From: Chitinilyticum piscinae
Lineage (GTDB): Bacteria > Pseudomonadota > Gammaproteobacteria > Burkholderiales > Chitinibacteraceae
DNA length: 64,000 bases
Direction: 5' to 3'
Assembly (NCBI RefSeq): GCF_015223195.1
Contig: NZ_JADFUA010000001.1
Span: 575,858 to 639,857 of the forward strand
Part shown: in pieces, positions 1 through 10,800 of the stretch
How the letters are laid out: each line of letters opens with the position of its first letter
How positions within the stretch are numbered: position 1 is the first letter of the stretch
Position numbers and translations under genes: made by a program
The notes under the pieces: model-generated
Databases searched by the model: none
The model's input: the letters and a program-made list of their open reading frames with translations, nothing else
What the model was told of the DNA's origin: nothing

Positions 1-384
1 TACGAAGCCATGCCTGCATTTGTGCCCGGGCTGTCAAGCAGTCGCATTCTCCAGCGCGAAGGCCCGGTGCTGAAAATCAGCCAGCACGGGCGTTACCGCT
101 TCGGGCCGTTTACCGTTTCTGGCGACAGTGTGGCGCGGATCGAATTGCGCGGGCGTGAAGAAATCCTTTGCCAGTCGCTGTCGGGATCGCAAGGGGAATT
201 TTCCAGTATCACGGTGTTGCAGCCGCTTAATGGCAGTACCCAGATCCGTTTTCGTGCCCTCTGGCAACCTGGTAATGCCCTGGTCGCCACGCTGGGAACT
301 GGCACGGTACGCGAGCATGTACGCGAGCAGCTTGCCAGTCTGCAGCAGGAAATGTTGCGCCGCGCCGCATTGGCCGGTAAATAA
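1..384 (+). CDS. hypothetical protein, 5'-partial (C-terminal fragment)
   Basis: ORF 10..384 sits in frame 1 with no upstream stop before the window edge, so the gene probably continues upstream. No recognisable motif. Confidence 0.3.
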   Translation, partial: YEAMPAFVPGLSSSRILQREGPVLKISQHGRYRFGPFTVSGDSVARIELRGREEILCQSLSGSQGEFSSITVLQPLNGSTQIRFRALWQPGNALVATLGTGTVREHVREQLASLQQEMLRRAALAGK

Positions 385-459
385 GTCACGCGGGCTGCCT
401 CGCACGGAACCGGCCACCGGATTGGCGGGTCAGTCAGGTTTTACCCCGGAGAGCTGGCC

Positions 460-987
460 ATGGCTGCATGCCTGAAATTGCGTCCGCTGGAGCGCGAAGA
501 CCTACGCTTTGTCCATGAACTCGACAATAACGAATCGGTGATGCATTACTGGTTCGAGGAGCCCTACGAGGCATTCGTCGAACTGTGCGATCTCTATGAC
601 AAGCACATCCATGATCAGAGCGAGCGCCGCTTCATCGTCGAGGATGCATCCGGTGAGCGTGTAGGCCTGGTCGAGCTGGTTGAGATCAACCATATCCACC
701 GCCGCGCCGAATTCCAGATCATCATCGCACCAGCGCACCAGGGGCGCGGCTATGCGTCCGCCGCGACACGGCTGGCACAGCACTATGCCTTCACGACGCT
801 GAACCTCTACAAGCTGTCGCTCATTGTCGATTGTGCCAATGCGCCGGCCATTCACGTCTACAGCAAGCTGGGTTTTCGCGAAGAGGGCATTTTGCGACAC
901 GAATTCTTCGTGAACGGCGAATATCGTGACGTGATCCGCATGGCAATTTTCCAGCCTGACTATCTGGCCGGATTGCCCGGGCGCTGA
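460..987 (+). CDS. speG: spermidine N1-acetyltransferase (GNAT family)
   Basis: 175 aa. Nearly collinear with E. coli SpeG: [37 protein letters not shown]...[12 protein letters not shown]...[19 protein letters not shown]...LNLYKL.LIVD..N..AIH.Y.KLGF. Both the length and the motifs match. Confidence 0.85.
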   Translation: MAACLKLRPLEREDLRFVHELDNNESVMHYWFEEPYEAFVELCDLYDKHIHDQSERRFIVEDASGERVGLVELVEINHIHRRAEFQIIIAPAHQGRGYASAATRLAQHYAFTTLNLYKLSLIVDCANAPAIHVYSKLGFREEGILRHEFFVNGEYRDVIRMAIFQPDYLAGLPGR

Positions 988-1056
988 TTGCTCGTCACGA
1001 CGGCACGTTTCCTGTTGAGCTGTGAATCATTGTGCCGCCGTGTCAGGATCGCTGGC

Positions 1057-1497
1057 TCAGTGAAAGCCCATCGCCTCCCCCGGAGTTGCCGGTGGAATCT
1101 TGTTGGCCGCGACCATGTTGTAGTTCAGCATGAAGTTGGTTGAACGATCAGTGCTTACCGTATCGTTCATCCACCACATCGGGTTGATGAACAGGGAGTC
1201 GTCCTGCGGCAGTACGCCGATGGCATCGTTGTCTGCATCGCCATCCCAGACAACTCGTGCCCAGCGCCAGGCAAAGCCGCGCACATACTGCTGGCCCAGT
1301 AGAATGCCCAGTCCCAGAACATCATCTTCTTGCGGAACGTCACCACGGGTTTTCAGCTCGCGGACATATTCAGTGATGCTGCGGACAATCTGTTCGGGGG
1401 GCGAGTTTTCATCCACCCCGATAAGTTGCAGTCCATGGTGGGTGTAATGGGCGAGGTCGTCGAGAATGTCCTGGTCCAGGTTGCTTGTTTCGGCCAT
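1057..1497 (-). CDS. hypothetical protein
   Basis: 146-aa ORF on the minus strand with a consistent codon pattern. No recognisable catalytic motif. Confidence 0.45.
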   Translation of the reverse strand: MAETSNLDQDILDDLAHYTHHGLQLIGVDENSPPEQIVRSITEYVRELKTRGDVPQEDDVLGLGILLGQQYVRGFAWRWARVVWDGDADNDAIGVLPQDDSLFINPMWWMNDTVSTDRSTNFMLNYNMVAANKIPPATPGEAMGFH

Positions 1498-1634
1498 TGC
1501 AATTCCTGATGTGGGTTAAGAGTGCTGATTACGCCAGCAATGTGCCAATATCATGCGCGCGCCGCAAGAATGAAGTTTGATTTGGGAAAGCAATGCAACG
1601 GCTGCCTGGCTGAACCCCGCCGCAGACTGGAGAA

Positions 1635-2057
1635 ATGATGGCTGAATACGATGATCTCGAGCGATTTGTGGTGGCGCAGGAGGCTTACTATGCCACGGCC
1701 CTGGCCGAATTGCGGGCAGGGAAAAAGCGCAGCCACTGGATGTGGTTTGTCTTCCCGCAACTGGCCGGGTTGGGGCGTAGCGAAACGGCGCGCTTTTATG
1801 CGCTTTCGGGGCGGGAGGAGGCGCAGGCCTTTCTGGCGCATCCCCTGCTTGGTACGCGCTTGCTGGAATGTACTGCCGCAGTGCTGGCGCTGCCCGCGCC
1901 GGATCTGCTGCAGCTGTTCGGCAGGCCGGACGACCTGAAATTCGTCTCTTCGATGACGCTGTTTGCAGCGCTCAGCCCGCCCGGCTCGGTGTTTGGGCAG
2001 GCTCTGCAGCATTGCCGAGCCTGCCCCGATGCGCGCACGCTGGCGCTGCTGGCTTAG
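1635..2057 (+). CDS. DUF1810 family protein
   Basis: 140 aa containing the HWMWFVFPQ...GLGRS motif typical of DUF1810 proteins. Confidence 0.65.
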   Translation: MMAEYDDLERFVVAQEAYYATALAELRAGKKRSHWMWFVFPQLAGLGRSETARFYALSGREEAQAFLAHPLLGTRLLECTAAVLALPAPDLLQLFGRPDDLKFVSSMTLFAALSPPGSVFGQALQHCRACPDARTLALLA

Positions 2058-3673
2058 GCGCGGAACTGGCTGATCAGCGCCTGCAGGCGGTCAGTCTGGC
2101 CGCGCAGCTGCTGGCTGAGTTGTTTGGCATTGGCTGCCGCTGCCGCATTGCTTTCCGAGGCCGCCGAGATACGGTCTACCTGCTCGGTGACCATCTGATT
2201 GGCCTGTGATTGCTCGTGCAGTGCCGAGGCAATGCTTTCGATCATGGCCATGGATTGTTGTGCCGACTGTTCGATGCCTTCAACAGCCTGACCACCATCG
2301 CGGGTAAGAGTAACCCCTTGCCCGACGCGGCTGACGGCTGTCTGCATGTGGTTCATCGACGCATCGGACTCCTGCTGAATCTGGCCAATCATGCCAGCGA
2401 TTTCTGCCGTAGCCCGTGTCGTGCGTTCGGCCAGCTTGCGCACCTCGTCGGCCACTACGGCAAAGCCGCGCCCCTGTTCGCCGGCACGTGCCGCTTCAAT
2501 CGCGGCATTCAATGCCAGCAGATTGGTCTGGTCTGCCACATCCTTGATGGTCTGCATGATGCTGGAAATGCTGGCGGTTTTGTTCACCAGGCTGTTGATG
2601 ACGGTAGATGTATCTGCAACCGAGACGTTGATTTCTTCCATTTCCAGAACGGCTTTGCCCAGCAGGGTCCGCCCTGCCCGTGATTGCTCGGCAGACTGGC
2701 GTGAGTGCACATTGGCCGATTCGGCACTTGCGGCTATCTGATGCACGCTTTCGGTCAGCTCGGTGATGGCGGCAGCCATGGCCGCAGCGGCCTCATGCTG
2801 GCGGAAGGAGCCGGATTCAACCTGTTCGGCATCGCTGGCCAGCTGCTGGCTCATGCGGTTGACCCCGCCGGATACGGATCCCAGTTCGCTGACCAGTGTG
2901 CGCAATGAGGACTGCATCCGCGCCAGATCGTGCATCAGACTGCCATCGTAGTGGCGCGCAACCGGAATGGGGTTTTGCAGGTCACCATTGGCAATCGCGC
3001 GCATGGCGCCAGCGGCGGTCGCGGGTTCCCCGCCCAGCTGCCGGTAAAGCGAGCGGGTAATCTGCAGCGCGATGGCCAGCAGGATGGCGGTGATGACCGC
3101 GATCAGGAGCAATTCCTGCAGCAGGGTTTGCCAGAACTGGGCCTGAATGTCCTCGACATAGACCCCGGTACCAATAATCCAGCCCCAGGCGGCGAAGCCC
3201 TGGACATATGACAGCTTGGGCTGGGGTTTGTCGCTGCCCGGCTTGGGCCATTGATAGCTCACGAAGCCCTTGCTCTGCTGCGTGACGGTGGCAACCATCT
3301 CCATGAACAGCAGTTTGCCATCCGGATCCTTGATGCTGCTGAGGTCCTTGCCATCCAGTTCCGGTTTTGCCGCGTGCATCACCATGCGCGGCTGCATGTC
3401 GTTGATCCAGAAATATTCGCTGCCGTTGTAGCGTAGGGCCTTGATGGCGGCCTTGACCTCGGCCTGTGCCGCTTCGCGGCTCAATTGCCCGGCCAGTTCG
3501 CGGGCATGGGCCTGAGCAGCCAGCTGGACCGCGATTTCAACCAGATTGCGCAGCTTGTCCTCGCGGTCCGTCTGCATCTGGCTGCGCAGCATCAGACTGC
3601 CAACGAGGGCGACGATGCTCACGCCGATGAGCGCCAGGGCAATCAACCCGAGCAAACGATTGCGTACCGACAT
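2054..3673 (-). CDS. methyl-accepting chemotaxis protein (single-Cache sensor)
   Basis: 539 aa with an N-terminal TM helix and a periplasmic Cache-like region ([25 protein letters not shown]). A second TM helix and a HAMP domain follow. The MCP signalling domain carries the highly conserved [33 protein letters not shown] stretch. Confidence 0.9.
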   Translation of the reverse strand: MSVRNRLLGLIALALIGVSIVALVGSLMLRSQMQTDREDKLRNLVEIAVQLAAQAHARELAGQLSREAAQAEVKAAIKALRYNGSEYFWINDMQPRMVMHAAKPELDGKDLSSIKDPDGKLLFMEMVATVTQQSKGFVSYQWPKPGSDKPQPKLSYVQGFAAWGWIIGTGVYVEDIQAQFWQTLLQELLLIAVITAILLAIALQITRSLYRQLGGEPATAAGAMRAIANGDLQNPIPVARHYDGSLMHDLARMQSSLRTLVSELGSVSGGVNRMSQQLASDAEQVESGSFRQHEAAAAMAAAITELTESVHQIAASAESANVHSRQSAEQSRAGRTLLGKAVLEMEEINVSVADTSTVINSLVNKTASISSIMQTIKDVADQTNLLALNAAIEAARAGEQGRGFAVVADEVRKLAERTTRATAEIAGMIGQIQQESDASMNHMQTAVSRVGQGVTLTRDGGQAVEGIEQSAQQSMAMIESIASALHEQSQANQMVTEQVDRISAASESNAAAAANAKQLSQQLRGQTDRLQALISQFRA

Positions 3674-3785
3674 GCTGTTCTCCCTTTGTAGGTCTGTTTA
3701 TTAGGGGGATCTTATATTGATATGGCGCAAATTCTGAATATCAGTTTAAGTTTGTGTCAGTTTTATGTTGCCAAGCCCCGGCTGG

Positions 3786-4889
3786 CTACGGGGCTTCGGC
3801 GGCTAGGTGTGGCCAGAGCGGCAGTGTGTGAGGGGTGGCGGCACAGGAGGGTGAGCTTGCCGTCGCGGCGTCGGTAAATCGAACCCCGACGCCCAGCAGC
3901 CGTACGGGCCGAGCGCCACGCTGCCAGGCTTGTGTGAGTAGCCGCTTGAATAGCTCGGGGTCGGGATTGCGGGCACTGCACTCCATCGTGGTCTGCGTGA
4001 AATCGTGGAATTTGATTTTGACAAATGCTTTGCTTGGGGTATCACCCTGATGTCTATGTAATCTATTGCTTAGGTCGATATACAGGGAGGGGGTTTTCTC
4101 CAGGCAGGCTGCGAGATCGGGCAAATCCTGCGCGTAGGTGTGTTCGACCGACAATGACTTGCGTTGCCATTCGGTTTCCACCGGGCGATCGTCGATGCCA
4201 CGGCACTGGCGGTAGAGCGAACTGCCCAGCCTGCCGAAATGGTGTTCGAGCGAGGCGAGTGGCCAGCGCTGGGCATCGCCGCACAGAATCAGTCCATGTC
4301 TGGCCAGTCGTGCGGCGGTCACCTTGCCGATGCCCCACAGTTTGGCAATCGGCAGCGACGGCATGAAGGCATCGATGCCATCCGGCGTGATGACGAACTG
4401 GCCATCGGGTTTGTTCCAGTCGCTGGCGATTTTGGCCAGCAGCTTGTTGGGCGCGATTCCGGCGCTGGCGGTAATACCGACCTCGCTGGCGATGCGGGCG
4501 CGGATTTCCTGTGCCATCAGCGTGGCACTGCCCTGACAGTGGCTCAGCCCGCTTACATCCAGATAGGCTTCATCCAGTGACAGTGGCTCGATGCGCTCGG
4601 TGTAGTCGCGGAAGATCGCCTGCACGCGCTGCGAGGCATCCTTGTAGCGGGCAAAATCATGGGGCAGCAGCACCAGTTGCGGGCATTGCCGCAAGGCCCA
4701 GCTGGTAGGCATGGCCGAATGGATGCCGAATTGCCGTGCGACATAGTTGCAGGTGGAAATGACGCCGCGCTGGCCGGGGGCGCCGCCGATGGCAATCGGG
4801 CGCGTGCGCAGCTCGGGCTGGTCGCGCATTTCCACGGCGGCGTAGAAGCAATCGCAATCGATATGGATGATCTTGCGCTGGGTGGTCAT
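3786..4889 (-). CDS. dinB: DNA polymerase IV (Y-family translesion polymerase)
   Basis: 367 aa. The N-terminus MTTQRKIIHIDCDCFYAAVEMRDQPELRTRPIAIGG, together with SLDEAYLDV and the little-finger region, is the classic DinB signature. Confidence 0.9.
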   Translation of the reverse strand: MTTQRKIIHIDCDCFYAAVEMRDQPELRTRPIAIGGAPGQRGVISTCNYVARQFGIHSAMPTSWALRQCPQLVLLPHDFARYKDASQRVQAIFRDYTERIEPLSLDEAYLDVSGLSHCQGSATLMAQEIRARIASEVGITASAGIAPNKLLAKIASDWNKPDGQFVITPDGIDAFMPSLPIAKLWGIGKVTAARLARHGLILCGDAQRWPLASLEHHFGRLGSSLYRQCRGIDDRPVETEWQRKSLSVEHTYAQDLPDLAACLEKTPSLYIDLSNRLHRHQGDTPSKAFVKIKFHDFTQTTMECSARNPDPELFKRLLTQAWQRGARPVRLLGVGVRFTDAATASSPSCAATPHTLPLWPHLAAEAP

Positions 4890-4962
4890 GGCGGCAGCGA
4901 ACGACGGGATACTTTATTGTACGATCGTTCTATATTGGCTGCCAGTATTCGTCGGCGAAGTT

Positions 4963-5622
4963 TTAGTAGCCCCCACCGCCTCCGCTGCTATTGAGGCCAT
5001 TGGCAAAAGGCGGTCTGCGGTATTGCAGCGCTTCCAGCATGGTCAGTTCGGCATCGGTGTGGTTGATGACTTCACTGGCCGCTTTGATCTGCTTGCCCTC
5101 CACCCAGTAAGGATGCTCGTGGTGCTTGGTCTGGTACGTCATTCTGGCAGCTGGATCCGCTGTCGGCGTCAGCTCCACGCTGCCATAGCACAGACAGACA
5201 TAACTGCGAGCGCCATGGCTTTCGACATACAGACCGGTTCCGCGGATGCCCAGCGTCACGGCCTGGGTGCGGATGGTCTTTTCGCCGGGGCCGAAGACTG
5301 CCAGCATTTTTCCGCTCTGCACCTTCACCACGTGCTCTGCTGCCGCGAGGCCCAGGGTGACTTCGGTATTGGCGCGCAGCAGGTAGGCGTCGCCATCGAC
5401 GGTAAAGACCGCTTCGCTATTGCTGCCGGTGACAACTTCATCGCCCCAGCTGACGGGTTGGCCGACCACGGCTGGTTTGCCGTTGATCAGCACCTGTCCC
5501 TTGATGCTTTTCAAGCCCGGCTTGGGCAGGAAAAAGGCGCCGGCAATCGCTCGGCCACCCAGGAGCAGGGTGCTTCCGGCAAGCCATTGCAGGATCTGGC
5601 GGCGGGTGTATGGCTTAGACAT
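4963..5622 (-). CDS. FecR-domain protein with Tat-type signal peptide
   Basis: 219 aa. Twin-arginine leader TRRQILQWLAGSTLLLGG. FecR-like beta region VVTGSNSEAVFTVDGDAYLLRANTEVTL. Glycine-rich C-terminus. Its start lies 2 nt after the stop of the upstream CHASE2 cyclase gene. Confidence 0.65.
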   Translation of the reverse strand: MSKPYTRRQILQWLAGSTLLLGGRAIAGAFFLPKPGLKSIKGQVLINGKPAVVGQPVSWGDEVVTGSNSEAVFTVDGDAYLLRANTEVTLGLAAAEHVVKVQSGKMLAVFGPGEKTIRTQAVTLGIRGTGLYVESHGARSYVCLCYGSVELTPTADPAARMTYQTKHHEHPYWVEGKQIKAASEVINHTDAELTMLEALQYRRPPFANGLNSSGGGGGY

Positions 5623-5624
5623 GA

Positions 5625-7763
5625 TCAGCTCCGGTGGGGGCGGGTAGCCAGCTGCTCACGGTAGATGTGGTAGAGCTGGCGTTGTGGTGCCTGCCGGGCG
5701 AGGTCGTCCAGCAGGGCATGGGCACGTTCGGTGTCGTTTTGCTGCAGAGCCTGCTGCAGCTCATCCCAGCGTAGCACTTCGCCGGCAGACAGCCAGGGCG
5801 CACGCTCGTCCAGCGGCAGGGTCAGCGCGACAGTCTGCTGGCGGCCCTTGACTGTCGTGGTGGCGATGGGCAAGCAAGGTATGTTGCTGGTGACACGAGA
5901 AGCTACCTCGCCGCTGACCAGCAAGGGCACGTCATAAACCCGGGTCAGTTTTTCCAGCCGGGCTGCGACATTCACCGCGTCACCCATAACTGTGTAGGCG
6001 CGGCGGAATTCCGAGCCCATATTCCCTACCCGTACCTTGCCGCAGTGCACGCCGATCCCCAGATTCAGGACCGGCCAGCCGCGGCTGGCAAAGTCGGCAT
6101 TCAGCTGGGTAACGCGTCGCTGCATGGCCAGCGCGGCGTCCACGGCGTGCCGGCAATGCTCGGTGTCGGCCAGCGGCGCCCCCCAGAAGGCCATGACGGC
6201 ATCGCCGATGTACTTGTCGATGGTGCCCTGGCGTTGATGAATTTCTTCGGTCATTGCACTCAGATAGCCGTTGACCAGCTCGGCCAGTGCCTCCGGCGGC
6301 AAGGCTTCGGCCACGGCGGTGAAATCGCGCAGATCGGCAAACAGGATGGTCAGTTCGCGGGTTTCCGGCTGCATGGCGAAGTGCTGTGCGTCATCCTGCA
6401 TGCGCCGCACCAGCTCCGGCGGCACATACTCCCCGAACAGGCGCAGCAGCTGGCGGCGCTGACGTGCTTCCCAGAGCCTTGCGGCCAGCACGAAGCCGAA
6501 ATAGGGCAGCAGCATCGCCGCCAGCGGCTCGACCAGTGGCAGCAGCAGACGCTGGTTCTGCCACGCCCAGCCGACGATCCCCAGCAGACTGCTCACGCCC
6601 AGCAGCAGCCACAGGTGGCTTTCCAGCAATCCGGCGCGCGGCAAGCGCCACAGTAGCAGTCCGCCCGCCAGTACGATCCAGCCCACGGCAAACAGCGCAC
6701 CCCATTGGGGCGCTTGCGGCAGGGTGCCGGTACGCAAGCCCAGTACGGTCGCCGCCTGTGCTTCGACTCCGGGAAACAGCGGGCTCACCGGCGTGGCGCG
6801 GATGTCCTGCAGCCCGGTTGCGGTGGCCCCCACGATGATGATTTTACCCTTCAGGGTATTGGTCGGCAGGCTCCTGTTAATGATGGCTGCCGCCGAATAC
6901 GTAGGGATGGTTCCCGGTGGGCCATAGAAAGGGATACGGACTCGCCCGTGCCGGTCGGTGTGCACCAGCCGGCCATCCAGCAGTACACCATCGGGCCAGG
7001 GCTGGCCGCTCTGCCAGTCGGGAATGACCGGCTGCTGGCTGGCCAGCCGCGCCGAGAGCGCGGCATACAGGCTGTGGCGGTAGGCAATCAGCAGCGGGAT
7101 GCGCCGCACGATGCCATCGTCGTCGATTTCGGGGTTGAGGTAACCGGTGTGCGGCAAAGCACCAGCCAGTCCGGCATGCGTGGCGCCATAGCCGCCGGCA
7201 GTGACAAAGGGCGCCAGCCTTGCCGCATCACCTTGCCAGTCCGGCGCAGGTAGCACCCCCTGCTGCTGCGGATCCGGTGTGAAGTAGTAGCCGGCGACCA
7301 GTTGCAGCCTTCCGGCGCGACTGCGGAACAGCGCGTCGGGATCTTTCTCGGCGGCCCAGTCCTTTTCGGCTTCGCTGCACTGGCGTGGACCCAGCCGTTC
7401 GCACAGCAGCGGCCACAGGCGGGCCAGCTGGCTTTCCTCGGCCTCGGCCAGCACGATGTCCAGCCCGATGCGCTGCGTGCCGTAATGGGTCTGCAGGGTT
7501 TCCAGCAGCTCGAGCAGGCGGGTGCGCGGCCAGGGCCAGCGGCCCAGGCTGGCCAGGCTGGCGTCGTCGATGGCCACGATGGCCACATCCTGCGCCGGCA
7601 GCTGCCCGGTCGCCGAGGCGCGCTGGCGGGCATCTTCGCTGTAGCGGTCGAGCTGCCCGAGCAAGGGGAGCGACAACCAGCCCAGTGCATGCAGGAGCAG
7701 CAGCGCCAGAACGGCGCCGAGCAGCAGGCGGCTGAGCAGCAGGCGGGGCAGGGGCATGGACAC
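5625..7763 (-). CDS. CHASE2-sensor class III adenylate/guanylate cyclase
   Basis: 712 aa. N-terminal TM helix followed by a periplasmic CHASE2-like region and a multi-TM segment. The CYTH-cyclase catalytic core is LTILFADLRDFTAVAE...IDKYIGDAVMAFWGAP...GIGVHCGKVRVGNMGS. Confidence 0.85.
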   Translation of the reverse strand: MSMPLPRLLLSRLLLGAVLALLLLHALGWLSLPLLGQLDRYSEDARQRASATGQLPAQDVAIVAIDDASLASLGRWPWPRTRLLELLETLQTHYGTQRIGLDIVLAEAEESQLARLWPLLCERLGPRQCSEAEKDWAAEKDPDALFRSRAGRLQLVAGYYFTPDPQQQGVLPAPDWQGDAARLAPFVTAGGYGATHAGLAGALPHTGYLNPEIDDDGIVRRIPLLIAYRHSLYAALSARLASQQPVIPDWQSGQPWPDGVLLDGRLVHTDRHGRVRIPFYGPPGTIPTYSAAAIINRSLPTNTLKGKIIIVGATATGLQDIRATPVSPLFPGVEAQAATVLGLRTGTLPQAPQWGALFAVGWIVLAGGLLLWRLPRAGLLESHLWLLLGVSSLLGIVGWAWQNQRLLLPLVEPLAAMLLPYFGFVLAARLWEARQRRQLLRLFGEYVPPELVRRMQDDAQHFAMQPETRELTILFADLRDFTAVAEALPPEALAELVNGYLSAMTEEIHQRQGTIDKYIGDAVMAFWGAPLADTEHCRHAVDAALAMQRRVTQLNADFASRGWPVLNLGIGVHCGKVRVGNMGSEFRRAYTVMGDAVNVAARLEKLTRVYDVPLLVSGEVASRVTSNIPCLPIATTTVKGRQQTVALTLPLDERAPWLSAGEVLRWDELQQALQQNDTERAHALLDDLARQAPQRQLYHIYREQLATRPHRS

Positions 7764-7846
7764 TCCGGCAGAATGTGTCTGCAGTCAAGAACATCAATCG
7801 GACTGGGGCAAGCCCCGGCAGTACCGATGGCGAGCCACAACGTGGC

Positions 7847-10800
7847 TCACGGGCGGATGAGTGTCTGAATTGCGTGTTGCAGCTGCTGTTGCCGCATGTC
7901 GAGTTCCTCCTGGGCTGTCTGCAGCAGGTGCAGCTGGCCGGTATGTTTCAGCGCAATCAGGCGCTGGCCGAGCAGGTGCAGCTGCTCGTGCCGCGAGGCG
8001 AGCTCCAAGAAGGCCGGTTTGCTGCCGTGCCGCTGCAGGCCGTCGCCATTCAGCCAATGCCCGAGTTTGCAGTCGTGGCTGGCTGCGGCGGGGGGCAGCG
8101 CCGATTCGCCCCGTAGCCAGCCCTGCAGCTGTGCCATCCAGGCGCGATGGTCAACCGCGGCAAACAGCAGCGGGAGATCATCTCGCCGGACTTCCGCACA
8201 ATGAGCCCATTCCGGCGGTGGTTGCCAGCGAGCCAGCCATTCGGGTATTGCGGCAGCAGGCATCGGGCGCGCGATGGCATACCCCTGCGCCCATTCGCAG
8301 CCCATCTGCAGCAGCAGCTCGCCATGAGCCAGTGTTTCTACCCCTTCGGCAATCGCATTGCGCTGGAACGCGGTAGCCAGCCCCAGCACCCCTTCCAGAA
8401 TGGCGAGGTCTTCCGGATCGTCAAGCATGTCGCGCACGAAGCTCTGGTCGATTTTCAGCACCTGCGCGGGTAGCTGTTTCAGATAAGTCAGCGAGGAATA
8501 GCCGGTACCGAAATCATCCAGTGCGAAGCCCACCCCCAGATCGCGACAGGCCAGCATGATGTCCGAGAGCTGGCGGATATCCTCCAGTGCACTGGTTTCC
8601 AGTACTTCCAGCTCCAGATCGCCGCTCTGGAGGGCTGGATGTGCGGCCAGCGTCGCGCGCAGTTTGTCCAGAAAAGTGGATTGTCCGAACTGGATGGCGT
8701 CGATATTGACGCTGACCGGCACGTGCAGGCCCAGGCTGCGCCACTGGCTGATCTGCGCCAGCGCGGTATCCAGTACCCATTCGCCCAGCTGGATGCCGAG
8801 GGCATGATTATCGATCGCCGGGAGAAATTCAGCCGGTGGCAGCAGGCCTTTTTGCGGATGCTGCCAGCGCAGCAAGGCTTCTGCCCCCAGCACCTGCCCG
8901 GTGCGCATATTCACCTTGGGCTGGTAGTGCAGCACGAACTCATTGCCGGCCAGTCCCTGCCGGATGCGTTCCTGGGTTTCGTGATGCCCGCGCACCATCC
9001 GATCCTGTTCGGCATCGAAAAGGTGATAGCGGTTCTTGCCGGCCTGCTTGGCCACATACATTGCCTGATCTGCCTGGCGCAGCAGCTGGTCGGCATCAAC
9101 CTTGTCCGCTTGCGGGAAAAACGTCACCCCGGCACTGGCTGAGACATGCAGCAGCTTGCCATCGACATGCACCGGCTCGGCAGCAGCGGCCAGCAGCCGT
9201 TTCAGAATCGGTGTACTGCTCTCCTGATCGTGCAGATCCTGCAGCACGGCCACGAATTCATCGCCACCCAGCCGCGCCAGGGTATCTTCATCACGCAGGG
9301 CATCCTTCATCCGGGCGGCCAGTCTGGCCAGCAGGCGATCCCCCGTCTTGTGGCCAGAACTGTCGTTGATTTCCTTGAAGCCATCCAGATCCAGATACAC
9401 CACGGCCAGGCTGGCTGCATGCCGCTGGGCATGGGCCATCGCCTGGTGCAGCCGGTCGCCCAGCAGTACCCGGTTGGGCAGATCGGTGAGGATGTCGAAA
9501 TGGGCAATCCGTTCCAGCTGGGATTGGTGCTGCTTCAGTTCGGTAATGTCGATGGCGACCCCCAGGACATGGGTGGCATCGGCAACCTGATAGGGGATTT
9601 TGCTCGTCTGCAGATCCCGGCGACAGCCGGTGTGATCGATGAAGGTATCGTCAGGAATGCAGATGGCCTTGCCGGACTGGATGACTTCCTGATCGGCCGC
9701 CTGTATGCCGGCAACCAGCTCCGCATCCCGGTTGAAGTCCGCATCGCGGTGGCCCAGCAGTTGTTCCGGTGTGGTGCCATAGGCGCTGGCGAGAGCCTGG
9801 TTGGCCAGTGTGTACTGGCCCTGATTATTCCGCGCAAAAATGAAATGCGGTACCAGGTCAATGATGGTGCGCAGATGGCGCTCGCGCTCGCTGATTTCTG
9901 CTTCGGCGTGCTGGCGCTGCCTGATTTCGTGACTGAGTGCCGCGTTGCTTTCGCTGAGCTGCCGGGTGCGTTCGGCCACCCGCTGTTCCAGCGAGGCCTG
10001 CAGCTCGCCCAGACTATCCGCCATCTGATTGAAGGAGCGCGCCAGTTCCCCGATTTCATCCTGATTGTGCACGGCGGCCCGTTCATCGAGGTGGCCGGCC
10101 GTAATGGCCTGGGTGGTGCCCAGCAGGTGGCGCACCGGCTCAAGGATACCCCGGCCAAGCTGACGGGCCAGCAGCATCGCCGCAATGATCGTCAGCACAA
10201 AGCAGCTGCCGGCCAGAATCAGAGCCAGCAGGATGCTGTGCCGGATTTGCGCACGGGTATCGTTTTCCAGTTGCTGCGCGGCCGACTGAATCTGCTCCGA
10301 CAGGCTTTGCAGTGTCTGTTCGGTCTGGCGATTGCGGCTCTGGTATTGCAGTGCGCTGGCGAAACTGTTCAGGTAACTGCCGGCATCGCGCAGGATGCGA
10401 TAGATCTGCCGCTGCTGCTCGGATTGTCTGATCTGCACCCTGCTTTCCCCTTGCAGACGGGCCAGCTCGAGTGTCAGCCGCTCGATCTGTGCGGTGGCCG
10501 CCGTGGGGGGCTGGTTGCGGATTGCCTGGGTCTGCCAGAGCAGGCTGCTCACTTGGTCTGAGAGCGTATCGACCGCTGAATGAGTATGAGGGTGTGATTC
10601 GGAAAGCCGGATGGCGACGATGTCGTTCATCACCCGCGCGCTCAGGGCGCTGGCCTGGCTTTCCAGTGCGGCCTTCTGGTCCAGCTCGATAACGAACTTC
10701 TGGAAGGTGGCGCGGTACTCGTCCAGCACCGGGGGCAGTTTGCCAAGCAGGCGGGTGCGATCCTGCAGTCCGCTGATTGCACCCCTGACCTGATCGAGCT

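Noticed and set aside
4890-4962. Possible LexA/SOS box upstream of dinB
   Set aside because: I found an 8-bp perfect palindrome ACGATCGT (within TTGTACGATCGTTCTA), but it does not fit CTGT-N8-ACAG. A LexA site can be neither asserted nor excluded without a PWM scan.
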